Below, in pieces: positions 38,610-51,545 of a stretch of DNA of 64,000 nt (within the stretch, counting starts at the first letter, position 1; every line of letters begins with the position of its first letter). Under the pieces are notes generated by a model that made no database searches, was not told the origin of the DNA, and worked only from the letters and a program-made list of their open reading frames with translations. Source of the stretch: Vicugna vicugna (Eukaryota); the NCBI GenBank assembly GCA_013265495.1, contig MU058636.1, positions 6,359,741 to 6,423,740 of the forward strand, read 5' to 3'. The translations under genes and the position numbers were made by a program.

Positions 38610-39172
38610 ATGGAGGGGTGCCCGGCTGGGTGCAGAGGTGCTCCTTTCCTGGAGTTTATCCTGTTCCCACGCCTTCCTAGGAATGGGGTACTCCATCTTC
38701 AAGAGGTGGATTCTACTTTCCCTCCCCTTGAATTAGGGCAGGTTTGTGACTTACTGGTAACCAGCAGAACACAGTAGAAATGACCTTGAATGATTTCCGA
38801 GTCTAGGTCATAAACACTGACCCCACCTTGCTCAACTGGAGCTGTCGCAGCAGCCTGAGCCTCCAGGTAAGCTGCCCAACTGCCTTGAAACTGCCATGCG
38901 GTGCAGAAGCACAAACTAGCCCATGAGGAAAGACTGCATGGAGAAGCCCGAGAAGGGGGATGCCCGGCCATCGCTCAGGTGCCCCAGGCCTCCTCACTGT
39001 GACAGCTCCGACCACTGTCTGGCTGCAATGGCAGGAGAGCTCTCAAGCCAGCAGCACCCGCTTGAATCATCCCTGAATTCCCAACTCACCAAAGAGAGAT
39101 GATAAAACGATCGCTGTTTAAGTCGGTCAGTCTTGGAGTGATTTATTACGCAGCAACAGATAACCTGTAACA
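38610..39172 (+). mobile_element. MLT1G/H-like ERVL-MaLR solo LTR
   Basis: aagaggtggattctactttccctccccttgaattagggcaggtttgtgac...ccgagtctaggtcataaa...ttggagtgatttattacgcagcaacagataacctgtaaca. Confidence 0.8.
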
Positions 39173-40479
39173 GCATTGTTTATTCCCCACCTCCACCCCA
39201 ATTCTGCTTCAAGTCTGAGTTCTCAAAGTTAGGTCTACAAATTCAGTTCTTTTCCTTCAATGTAAACATCATACTATAAACTGAGGCATCCGAGAATCTG
39301 ATCACAGGGTCTTAATGTTGTTTCTGCTCACTTCATCAAGAAGTAAATAACCCCAGTATGATCATCTTTTCCTCTTGTTTACATGTAAACTGTTTAAGAA
39401 CTGAACTGTCTCAGCTGTTTAGAATTGCTTCCGTATTATCCCAAAACAATTCAAAATTCAAGACATACCAATAAAATCAGTGATTTTCTCCCAGAATCCA
39501 TTGAACCAACCATATTTCTTTGAGTTTCTCATTTGAAGGAAGCGATGGCTTGTCTTTTTTTTTTCTTCTCTTTTGTTCTTATCTTGGCTATTAAGCAGGA
39601 TTATTTGCATTTTTGATAACTGATATCTAAAGGCACTTCATTCATTAAGAAAAGAAGATAGTAATGGCTCATCAGTCAAGGAAAACTACAGAGGACAAGG
39701 GATCGAATGCTGTAACATCGTGGTAGATGTAGGTAGTTAGCTGGGATGTGTTTATCAAATCTCTGAACACAGATGGATGCTCTTAAAAGATAATTTTAAG
39801 ATGAAATTGTTGCTTATCCTAATTGCTCTCTGGAAAGTGACTGCATGTGATTAATAGAAGGGAAGAAGTGGGGGTGGGTTTGTAGTTCGACTCCTCTCTG
39901 TGACACTCCTGATCCCATTTTTAGTAAAATCAACTGAAATGATTATAGGAAGAAAAAAATATCACACTGTTTAAACCGGTCCACATTAGCTCTTTATAAC
40001 TCAGAGAAGCACGATCATTTAATGCAGTATTTTCAGCATGAAAAAACCCCCGCCTTCAAAAAAATGTTCATTTACCCTTGAAATTGTTTTTGCTATCACC
40101 ACATGATGAATTCTGGAGAAAGGCTTGAATACATTGTTGAGTCAGTGTTGATTTAAACATAGTCCGACCTCCCACATAGCCACCATCTCTGAGTTTTTGC
40201 TGGAACTGAAAGAAACCGGAAGGAAGTATCAAAATTCCCTCCACAGAACTAATCTTCCCTCTGCCCAAACTGCCCTAATGTAGAAAAACTCAATCCCTTC
40301 TCCACAGAATGTGAAACAATTTAGTCTACAATGGCATGTATAAAAGGTGTTGCTAAGGGAACATTTCCTAATATTTAGAATTCATTTTACTTCTATCAGA
40401 TGCATCTTTCCACAGTAAGGAAAAGGCCAAAGTCACGTCTTAACACCTCCCCGGACCTTTCTCCCTTGGCCTCAGCGCT

Positions 40480-40990
40480 CAGGGCTGGAGACACTATTTG
40501 TGGTACGAGGCTGAGGAAATGAGCCAAAATGCATTTCAGGCTTGCCAGAGCTTACCATCTCAATGCAAATTCAACAATTAGCAATGCCTCAGCTGTGAAA
40601 GCTGGAAAAAATTCCACACATCAGATGGTGGGAGAGGCTGGTGGGGAAAATCATTTCCATTTATTTTACTGTTGTCATCCCGTCATCTCCTAAGTCAACT
40701 CGTAACCTTGAAAGCAGACCAGGACCCTGTGGGTTATAAACCCACTCGGGTGGTGCCAGAAAGGGAACTTCCTGACTCATCCAAACTAGAACTATAAATT
40801 TGTAAAAAGCCTAAGTAGGGAAAGAACTTTGAAATATAAGAAAAACTGTAACATCAGCTTCAAAAAAATGCCTTGGTTAATAGGTATCACTGAAAGCCAA
40901 GAGGATCCAACTGTATGAAGATACTTATCAGAATAAACAGCTCCGATGTGTCCTTGTCGACCTGAACCACACAGCAGGTATTGCTCTGTA
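40480..40990. promoter_or_regulatory. Candidate enhancer (kB/ETS/AP-1 composite, octamer, RUNX, E-boxes)
   Basis: Non-repeat DNA with GGGAACTTCC (40763-40772) abutting TGACTCA (40773-40779), ATGCAAAT (40563-40570), TGTGGT (about 40499), AACCACA (about 40965), CAGCTG, CAGATG and TGGAAAA. Confidence 0.4.
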
Positions 40991-41038
40991 ACAAGGCATT
41001 TTTTGTTTGTTTCTTGAGATTTTTGAAGCAGGCGGAAA

Positions 41039-41053
41039 ACACACACACACGCG

Positions 41054-41090
<37 letters not shown>
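41039..41090. repeat. (CA)n(CG)6(CA)n compound microsatellite
   Basis: acacacacacac gcgcgcgcgcgc acacac..., 52 bp alternating purine-pyrimidine. Confidence 0.95.
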
Positions 41091-41094
<4 letters not shown>

Positions 41095-41619
41095 TACCCT
41101 GGGGTCATTTAGACACCCAAGAACACTGAGCTTCCTCGCCTTCATTTCTTCACATCAGTCTTTTTCTAAAGAGAAAGCAAAGCTGTAGCTGTGGATGTGC
41201 ATGTGAACGTTTTTACTACTCCTATTGGGAAGAAAATAATGATATAGCAAGTTGAGGGAAAAGACCTGAAATTCTAAGGACTTCACACGCTAAACACAAT
41301 TATTTATTCCTTGTGGGGTCCCCCCAGATCTTTTCTTCCTATTTCCATTGCCAATCATGGGTGATATGCCAACTCCATGACAATGCCCAAAGCTAAGAAC
41401 CACAGTCCATTGCGACCTGATAATCAATTATATCACAACCCCTCTGGGACTAAATTTAGAATTTCCCTGAAATATTTTTCTTCATGACTTTTCTTCGCTC
41501 CTTTCCTTCAAAATACCCCCAACTCCTATTAAACTCTGTTCTGAATGCAATTCAAACAAGATCAATGTTTTTAAATAAAAATGCTCCCCAATTTTTCTCC
41601 ATCAAATAACTATTCAGTA

Positions 41620-42095
41620 TGTATCTTAGTTTGGATTCCCTCTAGAGCAAAGCCTGGGGAAAAAATTCAAGTAGAAGTAGTTTGTTTGGGAAGCGATCCT
41701 AGGAAGCAGAGTGTATCTCAGAGGATGCAAGCCAAGGAAGGTGTATCGGTGTGTGGATTACCACTGCGGGCAACTGTGCCTCTGTCCCGCTGGGACCTTC
41801 TGAAATACTGCACCTCACATCCCCAAATTGTCCCACAGTGGAACATTTATCCAACAACTCGTATCTCTCATTGTTTGAAGGTTACTTCTGAGACTTTCCT
41901 CAACTCCCCAGAGCTTCTAGCCTGCCTGGTGCACAGGCAGGGCCGCTCCTGGAGTGAGAGAACATCCTCTGGCACAAAGACCCTGATGCTACGGGAGAAA
42001 GTCCTCATTGTGGTCAGGAACCACTCAGCAAAGCTGCAGGTAACCTTCGAGGGAGTGGAGGAGATTGACAGCCCCAACTATGGTGCCTGCTGCAG
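41620..42095 (-). mobile_element. LTR16-like ERVL solo LTR
   Basis: tatcttagtttggattccctctagagcaaagcctggggaaaaaattcaagtagaagtagtttgtttgggaagcgatcctaggaagca matches the reverse 3' end of the LTR16 group. Confidence 0.65.
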
Positions 42096-45000
42096 TACCT
42101 GCCTGAATTCCACCACGTGCTCAGCTGTGCACACAGTAGGTTGTTGTGTATATTCAGATATTCTCTCCCCCTTTGTGCTCTAACTGAATTAGGATCCCCA
42201 TTCGTATCCTTTCCTGGATACAACCTTTAACCCAAGCTTTCATTTACACATCTTTTCATCTGTACAAAAAGCTTCCAGTCTCTACTCTGTAAACACTTCT
42301 TTTGAACCCAATTATCTCAGTGCTCTTCTCTCTCTTATGCACTGTCAAGGCAATTTACTTCAAATGAGCAAATAGCTCCAGCTCATGGCCCCTGCTTTTG
42401 AATCCTGAAAAAGAAACTAGGATATCTTTCTCAATCACAGGGATATAGTAAGGCGGTTTTTCAGTAGTTTAAAAAATAACTAATTATTTCAGATTCACAT
42501 TATTATTTTTTACATCTTCTATTTACATAAGGAAAAATGAAATCTGTCCCTTTGTATATTAGCCTCTCATTCAATCAGCAAATTTGAGGGCAATAAATTT
42601 TCTCACAGCAAATTCTGTTGGTTTTATATTTAAATCCCAATTGGTGCTTTGTGAAAGAGCTTATAATTAAGTCCATACAGAACTAGAAAAAAAAATCAAG
42701 TATGTACCCCCAAAATCATCTTTCAACTCATTTTATCGTTCATATTAGATATCACCTATTGAGTCTTTTTCCTGCCACATCATTCTCTTCTTGTAACCCA
42801 GGATGGTTTGTCAACCCCGGTTCTCAGTGACTGCACCACTGTATTGATCCCCACAAAATTTGGGGGACAGTGACTTCTTCAGTGCAACTATCATTAGCGA
42901 GAATTTTGGGACATAAACGTGTGTGTTAGGGATTCGGAGACATCATTTCTCACTTTCTGTCACGGCCAAAGCACTACATTTTCTTAAAGTTTGGAGAAGC
43001 AGCCTTAAGGCTTTTGATGGGAGTGTACTGTAGTGTCTCCTACCTGACTCATATTTGTAATGAACCTGCTTTTGGATTGCTGGCAATAAAAAGGACATAA
43101 TCCTTAAGCATGTCTCTGAGAAGCTCTACTAATTTACGTGGCAGGACTCAATCTCATATGAAGTTTAACGAGAAACTCATGCAGTATAAAGTGTGCCTGG
43201 CATCTGTTACAGAAGACAGCTCAGGGAAAGCAGAGCAATACCTTCTGTGAAGAACATATATCCAGACTTTTTTAACTGACAAGAATGACCCTAATAGAGA
43301 GTGAGGGAAAACAGCATCAACAACAAAAAAGAGACCAGTCCAGCAAGTATTGATCCATTATATACCTCCTGGTTACCGTAACAGCCTCGGAATTTCCCCC
43401 AAAGAAAAGTGCGACATGGATAATTTACATGCCTATTGAAAGTAATCTTCCAAGCATGAATGGCTGAAGGATTATAATTTCTTTTCCCCTGATCATCACA
43501 GGTCTCCCAGCGGTCATACAAATAACCAGCATCCTTTCATCCTAAACACCACCAAGCCAAGGTTGAGATACGAGCCTATTAAAATCTGGTTTGAAAAAGA
43601 ATTTTATTTTGCCCATGATCTCACTCATTAATTGCTGACTGCCTTTTAAAACCTTCCATGGAAGACAAAGAGACCTTCAATTCCTTTCTCTGAGAATTAA
43701 AGCTTTCATTTAAGGATTCCAGATGGGCTGTATTTTAAGTATTAAAGTTCAAATACTTTAACCACCAACAGATGAAAGGAATTTTACCCAGCTATGTTCC
43801 ACAATTGCCACCCAGTAGTTCTTCAATCCTGGCCAAATTAAGCATCAATTTAAATTAGATTTACTCGTGGGACCCTTGATGATCACAATCGACACAAGAT
43901 ATTAGGGAGTTTAGGAAATGGGTCTATTAAATGACAATTAAATCTGTCAGCCTTCCAGAGCTTATTTTCAGTTAATTTGATCCCCAGTAGACAGTCACAT
44001 TTGACTGCTGTAAACAAAGAGGTCTGCTTGAATGTGCCAGATGAGATGCAAGCTGGTTGGTAGAACCCAGGTGACGGTGTATGTTTCACTCTCACATTAA
44101 GGGGGCTTCAGCTGTTCCTCTGAATAAGGGACTTGACCATCACTTTCTATGCTACTATTTAAAGCCTCCTGAAAAGCCCTAACATTCACCAAAGTAGAAC
44201 TTAGCTGGCGCCTTTCAGAAAAGTCAGCAAGGAGGTCCTGAGTAGTAACTGGCTTTTCCTTTTTCTGCAAAGTCTCATGGAAATGCTTTAGGGCCAGGTG
44301 TTCCCAGCCTGGCACATATTAAATAGCACTTTTCACCTAGAATGTGCCTGAAATTGACTATCAAAAGTCTTAGATCATCCATACCCTTTGACACAGTACT
44401 TTTATTTCCAGGGATTTATCCTAAAGAAACAGTCAGATATTTGCACAAAGATTTATGAACGAGTGTGTTCCCTGCAGCATGAGAACTAGGTAAAACATAA
44501 AGCAAGTTTGTTTTCACCATTCCTCCCGGCCCAGTCTCTTTAACCCTCCCATACACCAGACCACCTTTCTCTACCTTGAAAACCTCTTCAGTGTCGCTTT
44601 CTGCCAGGCACTTACCTGGAGAGCTGTGCCCTCCACCAGCCAAAAGTTTCTGGGCCTTTTTCCATCAAAACCTACCTGTATGCCCCCCATGCATGTAGGT
44701 TCATGCTCTCTGCGGTCCGCCAGACTAGAAAATCAGATACACTTTTTGTTCTGAGGTGCTGATGGATGAATATTACCCACTATTATGCAGTATTTTATAT
44801 TTTAAAATGAGATTCTCCTGAAGACAATGCTTCCAACCCAAAATGAGATTATAATGGGAATTTCAGGCTCCCAATAAACCCAGTAGTTATTATGATTTAA
44901 AATCTCTTTTAAAATATATTTTCAGCCACATGTGCAAGTGTGTATGTGTCTTAATTTATTCATTTTGTTTCATTATGACAAGATATTCACACTTATAGAA

Positions 45001-46087
45001 AGTGTGGGAAACAAGAAAAAATGAAAGAAGATGAAATTCATCCATATTCCCTACCATGCAGAAGTCACATTTTTAACATTTATTGTGCTTCTTCCCAATC
45101 GTAGTAATATGGAAAATGTTGTTTATTTTCTGGAGTCATGATTACAGTGTGTGTACAATTTTTGCATTCTTTTTTCACCTTGCTTTTTATTTGAAAAATG
45201 TCAGAATAGTTCTACCCCAAAAAGGCCTTTACTTTTTGGGGCCATACTTTACAGCAATTCACCCTTTTCTTCATTCACTACTTTTCTTGCCAAGAATATT
45301 TTAAAAGCTTGCCTAGTCTTTCTGGGTTTCTTATCTACTACAACCTCTGCATTAATTGGAAACCTTACCATATCTATCTGGTAAGTAAATTTCCCAAGAT
45401 AAAAGCACTCAAATATAGTTCCGGAACAGGGAAAAGACTGGTGTATGTTAAAACGTGCTTGCAGCCCATGCAGGACACTGGCTGGAAGTCAAGGTCACAG
45501 TCTGCAGTTGAGGTAAGAGCCTCCCCGGCCACAGCTCCCCTCCTGTGGCTGTTCAGAGGAGCGGACAGCTGCCCTCACAAGACCCTGCTCTGCTCCCCAG
45601 CTGCTATAAGGCATCTTTGGAAGTATCTTCGGTAACACCCATAGGGCACAGAAACTGTTCTCACATATTCTAATGAAAGCTCATTCCTACCACCAAAAAA
45701 TAACCTTCCCTCCCTCACCCCTTTCTTCACTCACCTCAGCCACACCACTTACTCAGCTCACAGACTAAAGGTGTGGGGAGACTTGGGGGCTCACGGTCAC
45801 TTATGATCTGGGTAGCACATCCACATGGCTATTTTTCTCTAGTGTTGCCACTGATCAAGTTGCAAATGCTAGCATTTGCCTCATATAATCCTACTTGTTA
45901 ACTGATAGTCATTCTTATTACAGCTTCAGATTAAATAGAAAAAAAGTGCAGCCTACTTTTTCAAGGAAACAAGATGGGGAGATCTAACCATGTTAGAGTT
46001 AGACCCATTAGTCATACTTTTTGAACAGTGTTCAAGAAGACATTAACAGGAAAAAGGGATAAGAAAGGGTGGGGAAAATCATGTAGA

Positions 46088-46607
46088 CGTGAATGAAAAA
46101 TATTGTATAGTCACATCAGTAAACAAAAGATACTGTGGCCATCAAGTCACCAGCCCCTACTGCCACCAGACATTGTGAATTTAGTTCTTTCAAAGTGAGC
46201 AGAGGGAACTCAGGATGCAGACAAGGAGGCAGCCCAGCCTCTGCAGCCACTCCCAACCATGCACCCTGAACTCAGGATGTGAAGAAACAGGGTACTGGCC
46301 CTACGTAGCTAGGTGCCTATCAAAGGAATGATTTCAATGAATCCAGACCCTTGCACTTTCCCATACATAGAAATCACTAAATTCCTTAACTTGAGATACC
46401 TGGTTTTCTTTAATTAACAGTAATCTTTTGATGTTCCAACTACCTGGTCTTTGTAGCAAAACTCCTATACATCCTGGCTGCTCCCTGCCACTTTGGGACA
46501 GTCTCTTAGCGCTATCTGAGAGATGCCTCCTGGGCTTGAGTCTCAGGAAGTCTGCAGAATGAAACATAACTCTCAACTTTGAGGTTGTGCCTTTTTTTCA
46601 GTCAACA
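46088..46607 (+). mobile_element. ERV1 solo LTR, MER41-like (cetartiodactyl type)
   Basis: Ends gaatgaaacataactctcaactttgaggttgtgcctttttttcagtcaaca (degenerate polyA signal and MER41-like terminus). Internal repeat gaactcaggatg occurs twice. Flanking direct repeat taga(c) at 46084 and 46608. Confidence 0.75.
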
Positions 46608-48644
46608 TAGACCACAGTTGATTTGAGTATTTTGTTTGTAAATAGCATTCCATTTTACTAATGGAGTTGAATTACATCTAACCTCTCTATAAATGTTAGT
46701 TTGTATTCAATTTAAACATGTTATAAAGAGCTTTTTCGTATTTTTGAGCAAGCAAAACTGCTCTGTCTATTAATAAACACTTAGGCAGAGTATCAGATTT
46801 CTAATAACTAACAATATGATTATCTACCCAGAGACTTCGAAAGAACTAAATTCACAACGTCTGGTGATTGGCATGTTTACTGCCTTTGACACGGAATGCT
46901 AAGCACACAGCATGGTGAAACGCTAGGGGAAAGGGGGCTCCTTTACCCACCCAGCAACTGTTAACCTGCTTAGCAGCAAGTGGGGCGACCTGAGCTGCCT
47001 TGGGAAACAGAGCCCGCTTCTCAAAGAGGATGCAGGGAGATGGGGGCATGGGATTCACAGGAAGTCAGAGGTTTTTTCTGAAGACTTGGCAGTGACAATT
47101 TTGAGTCATTGAACTGGCCACCATTTTTCTACTGATCACTAATCCATGTCTACTCAGCCTTAGAATAAAAACAGATAAAGGGGGTGGCCAAATCAGAGGC
47201 AAAAAGGCAGAGGGAGCTGAAACGGTTGAGAATATGCATTATTATCCTCATAAGTGACCTGACAGATATATAACGGCAGAGAAAAATGAATGGTGTATTT
47301 ATTTTTCCCGTTGTCTTATGTAGTCAGAAAAAATCCAAAATGGTATAGAATCCCCATTTTAAACAAATAATTATTAATGCATTCCATTGTTTACAGATAT
47401 CCTGAATTATTTTTTCCTATTTCTTAAGTTCTTCTCCATGAAGTGATCCCTGTTAAAAATGTTACTGCACATCTACCTGATACAAATATGATTTTAGCTC
47501 TTTCATTAATCATATAGGATGAACTGACCTCTTTAGCTGTTACAAAAATGTTGTGCTTTTATATTTTACCACAATAATTTTTTTAAATAATGCACTGAAA
47601 ATGCATGAAGAGATGCCTGAAATCCTTTTTAGGAATTCTTGGAATGAGATTTTTGGAGGAATTATTTGAATCACCAACAGTGAAAAGACCCATCACTTAC
47701 TGGTTAAAAGTTGGCATGCTTTAATAATCTGATGAGGTTTATAGGTTATAAGACCCTTTCATTGACTTTTTAGAGGCATAAAATATGTTCGAGCTGCCCT
47801 TTCCCAAATGATTGAGGATTAAATAGAGAAAAGCCAGCCTCTAATCATGGTCTGAGGACTTCAAAGATGGTCCTCCTCTGGCTTCTTTCTCCCTGCACTG
47901 GTTCCCAGAAAGCAGCCATGCTGCGGATGGTTCAGTGTCTCTGGAGGAAGGCTGCCCACTCACTCAGTCACATTCATGATCAGTGCATTGGATTTTTCTT
48001 TTCTCTGTAGAAACCAGTAGCTATTAGCCCTGAGTCTGAACCACACAGCAGCAAAACCCAGAAAGGCGAGATAGGTGAATCTGAACCACTTTCATTAAGC
48101 ATCACTTTTGTCAGATTTCAATTTTCATCTTGATTTCATCCCAATCCTTTGTAATGCTGCACCTTGACGTTCCCTTTGTGGTTTCAGGACAAATGGGTCT
48201 GAGGCCAAATCCAGCCAACCAATACTCCCAGGACCCAATCTAAAAACTGCCATCCCTGTACCTCCAGCATAGCACTTCTTGAGGTCAGGACTAAGTCATG
48301 CTCACTTTTTTATACCTGTGCCTGGCATACAGCACGGCTCATTAATGTTATGTAAAATGAGGGAAAGGGAGGAAAGACAGGCAGAATAAGTAAACACATA
48401 CTTCAATGAATGCTTAAAACAGCACTCTTCTTCATGTATCATATATTGGATTTTTTTTCAACCAAGAAAAAAAAGCTAAGAAAATGCCAAAGATGACAAG
48501 CTACAACATTGATATTGGTGGAACAAAGACCAATAGTACAAATGACAGTGGGATTTTGACCCCAAATCTCTTTATTCTCATTTCTATATTCTTAATTTTG
48601 GGGGCATATCTTTAAAATAAGATTACATGGTCTCACGAACACTA

Positions 48645-50467
48645 TTTTTATTAAGACTTTATTATTTAGAGCTGTTTTATGTTCACAAGAAAGTGGCGGG
48701 GACGGTAGAGAGATTTCCCATATACCCCCTGCACTCACACATGCACAGCCTCCCCTGCGTATCAACACTAGCCCACCCGAGAGGTACATTTGTTATAATG
48801 GATGAACCTACGTTGACATACCATTATCATCCAGTCTACAGTCTACATTATGGTTCACGCAGTATTAGATATTCTGTGGGTTTAGACAAACCTATAATGG
48901 CATGTATCCATCGTTATGGTATCAAACAAAGTATTTTCACTGCAATAAAAATTCTCTGTGTTCTGCCTATTCAGACCTCTCCAACCCCTAACCCCTGGCA
49001 AACACTGATCTTTGTATTCTGTCCATAGTTTTGCCTTTTCCAGAATATTATATAGTTGTAATCATACAGTATGTGAGCTTTTCAGATTGTCTTCTTTCAA
49101 TTAATAATATACAATTACGGTTCCTCCATGTCTTTTCATGGCTTGATAACTCATTTATTTTCAGTGCTGAAAATGTACCATTGTCTGGATCTACCACAAT
49201 TTATTTACCCATTCACCTACTGAAGGACATCTTGGTTGCTTCCAAGTTTTAGCAGTTATGAATAAAGCTTCTATAAATATCCATGTGCAGGTTTTTGTTA
49301 GACATAAGTTTTCAACTCTTTGAGTAAATACCAAGGAGTACCAATGCTGAACCATATGGTAAAGTATGTTTCATTTTCTAAGAAATTGCCAGATTGCCTT
49401 CCAATGTGGCTGTACCATTTTGCATTCCCAATAGCAGTAAATCAGAGTTCCTGTTGCTCCACATCCTTGTCAGCTTTTGGTCTTGTCAGTATTCTGGATT
49501 TTGACCATTTCAATAGCTGTATAGTGTCATCTCATTTTTATTTAATTAAAATTTCCTTGATGACATACAGTGTGGAGTATCTTTTGTTGGTCTTATTTAT
49601 CATCTACAGATAACAGGTGTCTGTTAAGGCCTTTGGCTCATTTTTTTAATTGTTTGTTATTGTTGAGTTTTTAAGAATTCTTTGTATATTTTGGATAACA
49701 ATCCTTTATCAGGTGTGTCTTTTGCAAGTATTTTCTCTCAGTCTGGGCTTGTCTTCTCATTCTCTTGACATTGCCTTTCACAAAGCAGACGGTTTTAATT
49801 CTAATGAAATCTAGCTTATCAATTAAGTCTTTAATGCATTATGCCTTTGGTGTAGTATCTAAAAAGTCATTGCCATATTCAAGGTAATCTAGGTTTTCTC
49901 CTATGTTAGATTTTAGGAGTTTAATGGTTTGGGGTTTTACCTTTAGGGCTATAATCTGTTTTGACTTAATTTTGGGGATGGGTTAATGTTTATGTCTAGA
50001 TTCACTGTTTTGTATGTGAATGTCTAGTTTTTCCTGTACCGTTTATTGAAAAGACTATCTTTGCTCCATTTTATTACTTCTGCTCCTTTGCCAAAGGTCA
50101 CTTAATTATATATATGTGGCTCTATTTCTGGGTTCTCTCTTCTGTTCCATGATCTGTTCATCAATTCTTTCTCCAATACTACACTGTCTTGGTTACTGAA
50201 GCTTTATAGTAAATCTTAAAGTCAGGTAGTGTAAGTCCTCCAACTTTGTTCTTCTCCTTCGATATTGTGTTGGTGCTTTGGGGTCTTCTGCCTTTCCACA
50301 TAAACTTTAGAATCAGTTTGTAAATATTCACAAAATAACCTGCTGGGATTTTGACTGGGATTACATTGACTCTATAGACCAAATTGAGAAGAACTGATGT
50401 CACAACACTGAGTCTTCCTATCCATGGTCATGGGATGTCTCTGCATCTGTTTAGTTATTCTTTGATC
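48645..50467 (-). mobile_element. L1MC1-like LINE-1 3' portion
   Basis: 3' UTR agagagatttcccatataccccctgc...ggtacatttgttataatggatgaacctacgttgacat, then ORF2 remnant. ORF 50179-50403 gives LVYRVNVIPVKIPAGYFVNIYKLILKFMWKG...GGLTLPDFKIYYKASVTKTV (L1 ORF2p). Confidence 0.9.
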
Positions 50468-50499
50468 ATCCAACACTTTTCAGTTGCAAAAATCCAAAA

Positions 50500-51150
50500 A
50501 TATAAGTAAATATAATGAGAAACAGCATATGTTTATATAATCTTGAAGTATCTTCCACAACATCCTTTTTAATTTCAAAGGGCAAAATAGTCCCTTTATA
50601 ATGGCAGTCCTATCTTAAGTGATCAGAGTTGGCATCACCAGTAGTTAGACATATCAACATTGTGTACCCCCTGATAAGATGTACTGAGAAGGACACAATA
50701 TCACTATTGTGACATTCTTACCAAAAATGCATTATCTGAATTTGACTCAAGGAAAACACAGACAACCTCAAATTGAGGGATGTTTTACAAAATAACTAAC
50801 TGGTATTCTTCAAAAGTCAGGAAAGATATAAGACTGAAAATTTGTCCTACATTGGAGGAGACTAAGAAATCAGGACAACAAAATGTAATGTATCATCTTG
50901 GACTAGATTCTGGATCAGAAAAAGGACACTAGTGGGACAACTGGAAAACAATTTTAATAAGCTCTGTAGATTTCTTAATAGTATCCTATGTTAATTTCCT
51001 GGTTTCAATCATTATACTAAGATTATATAAGACATTAACATTTGGGGAAACCAGGTGAAAGGTATGTTGAAATTCTTTGTATTATTTTGCTACATTTCTT
51101 TTTATAAGTGTCAGATTATTTCAAAAGAACAGTCAAAAAAATTTTAATTA
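50500..51150 (+). mobile_element. L1MC4/L1ME-type LINE-1 3' UTR
   Basis: gagaaggacacaatatcactattgtgacattcttaccaaaaatgcat...aaattgagggatgttttacaaaataac...ctggatcagaaaaaggacactagtgggacaactgg. Confidence 0.8.
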
Positions 51151-51470
51151 AAAATATCTGAAAATCTAGATATTGGATTTCATTGCATATCTGTGAGCAT
51201 TAGATACATTTCTGAGAAAAAGGAAACAGAGATTTCAAAACTGTTTGCATTTACATAAGATCAGTGGGTAACTTGAGCATCTTGGCATTTTAATTAAAGA
51301 GGGAATGAGATCCAGAGAGGCAGAAAGACAGACAGTAAAAGACACCCTGTATTGGTATGTCTGCATTGACAAAGCATTTCAAAGAGAACCAGGGCTTCCT
51401 CTTGGAGTTACACCAAGAAGGTGATCACTGTCCTTGTCACAGCCATGTCTGTGCTACAGAATCAAAGGCA

Positions 51471-51545
51471 GGCTTTTTTTCCGATTGGTTGGGTCAGGCT
51501 GCTAATGAGGCAAAGGTCATGGATTGGATCTGCTCTCCAGGCCTG
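51471..51545 (+). mobile_element. Degraded ancient tRNA-derived SINE head (MamSINE1-like)
   Basis: ttggttgggtcaggctgctaatgaggcaaaggtcatggattggatc resembles the tRNA-Ile(AAT)-like head ttggttagagcatggtgctaatgaggccaaggtcatgggttcgatc. Confidence 0.35.

Noticed and set aside
41581..42183. 200-aa ORF
   Set aside because: It lies almost entirely in an antisense LTR16-like element and has no domain similarity, so it is most likely a chance open frame.
43389..43398. Isolated perfect kB site GGGAAATTCC on the minus strand (also at 17568-17577)
   Set aside because: Several matches to the kB consensus are expected by chance in 64 kb, and I saw no supporting motif cluster.
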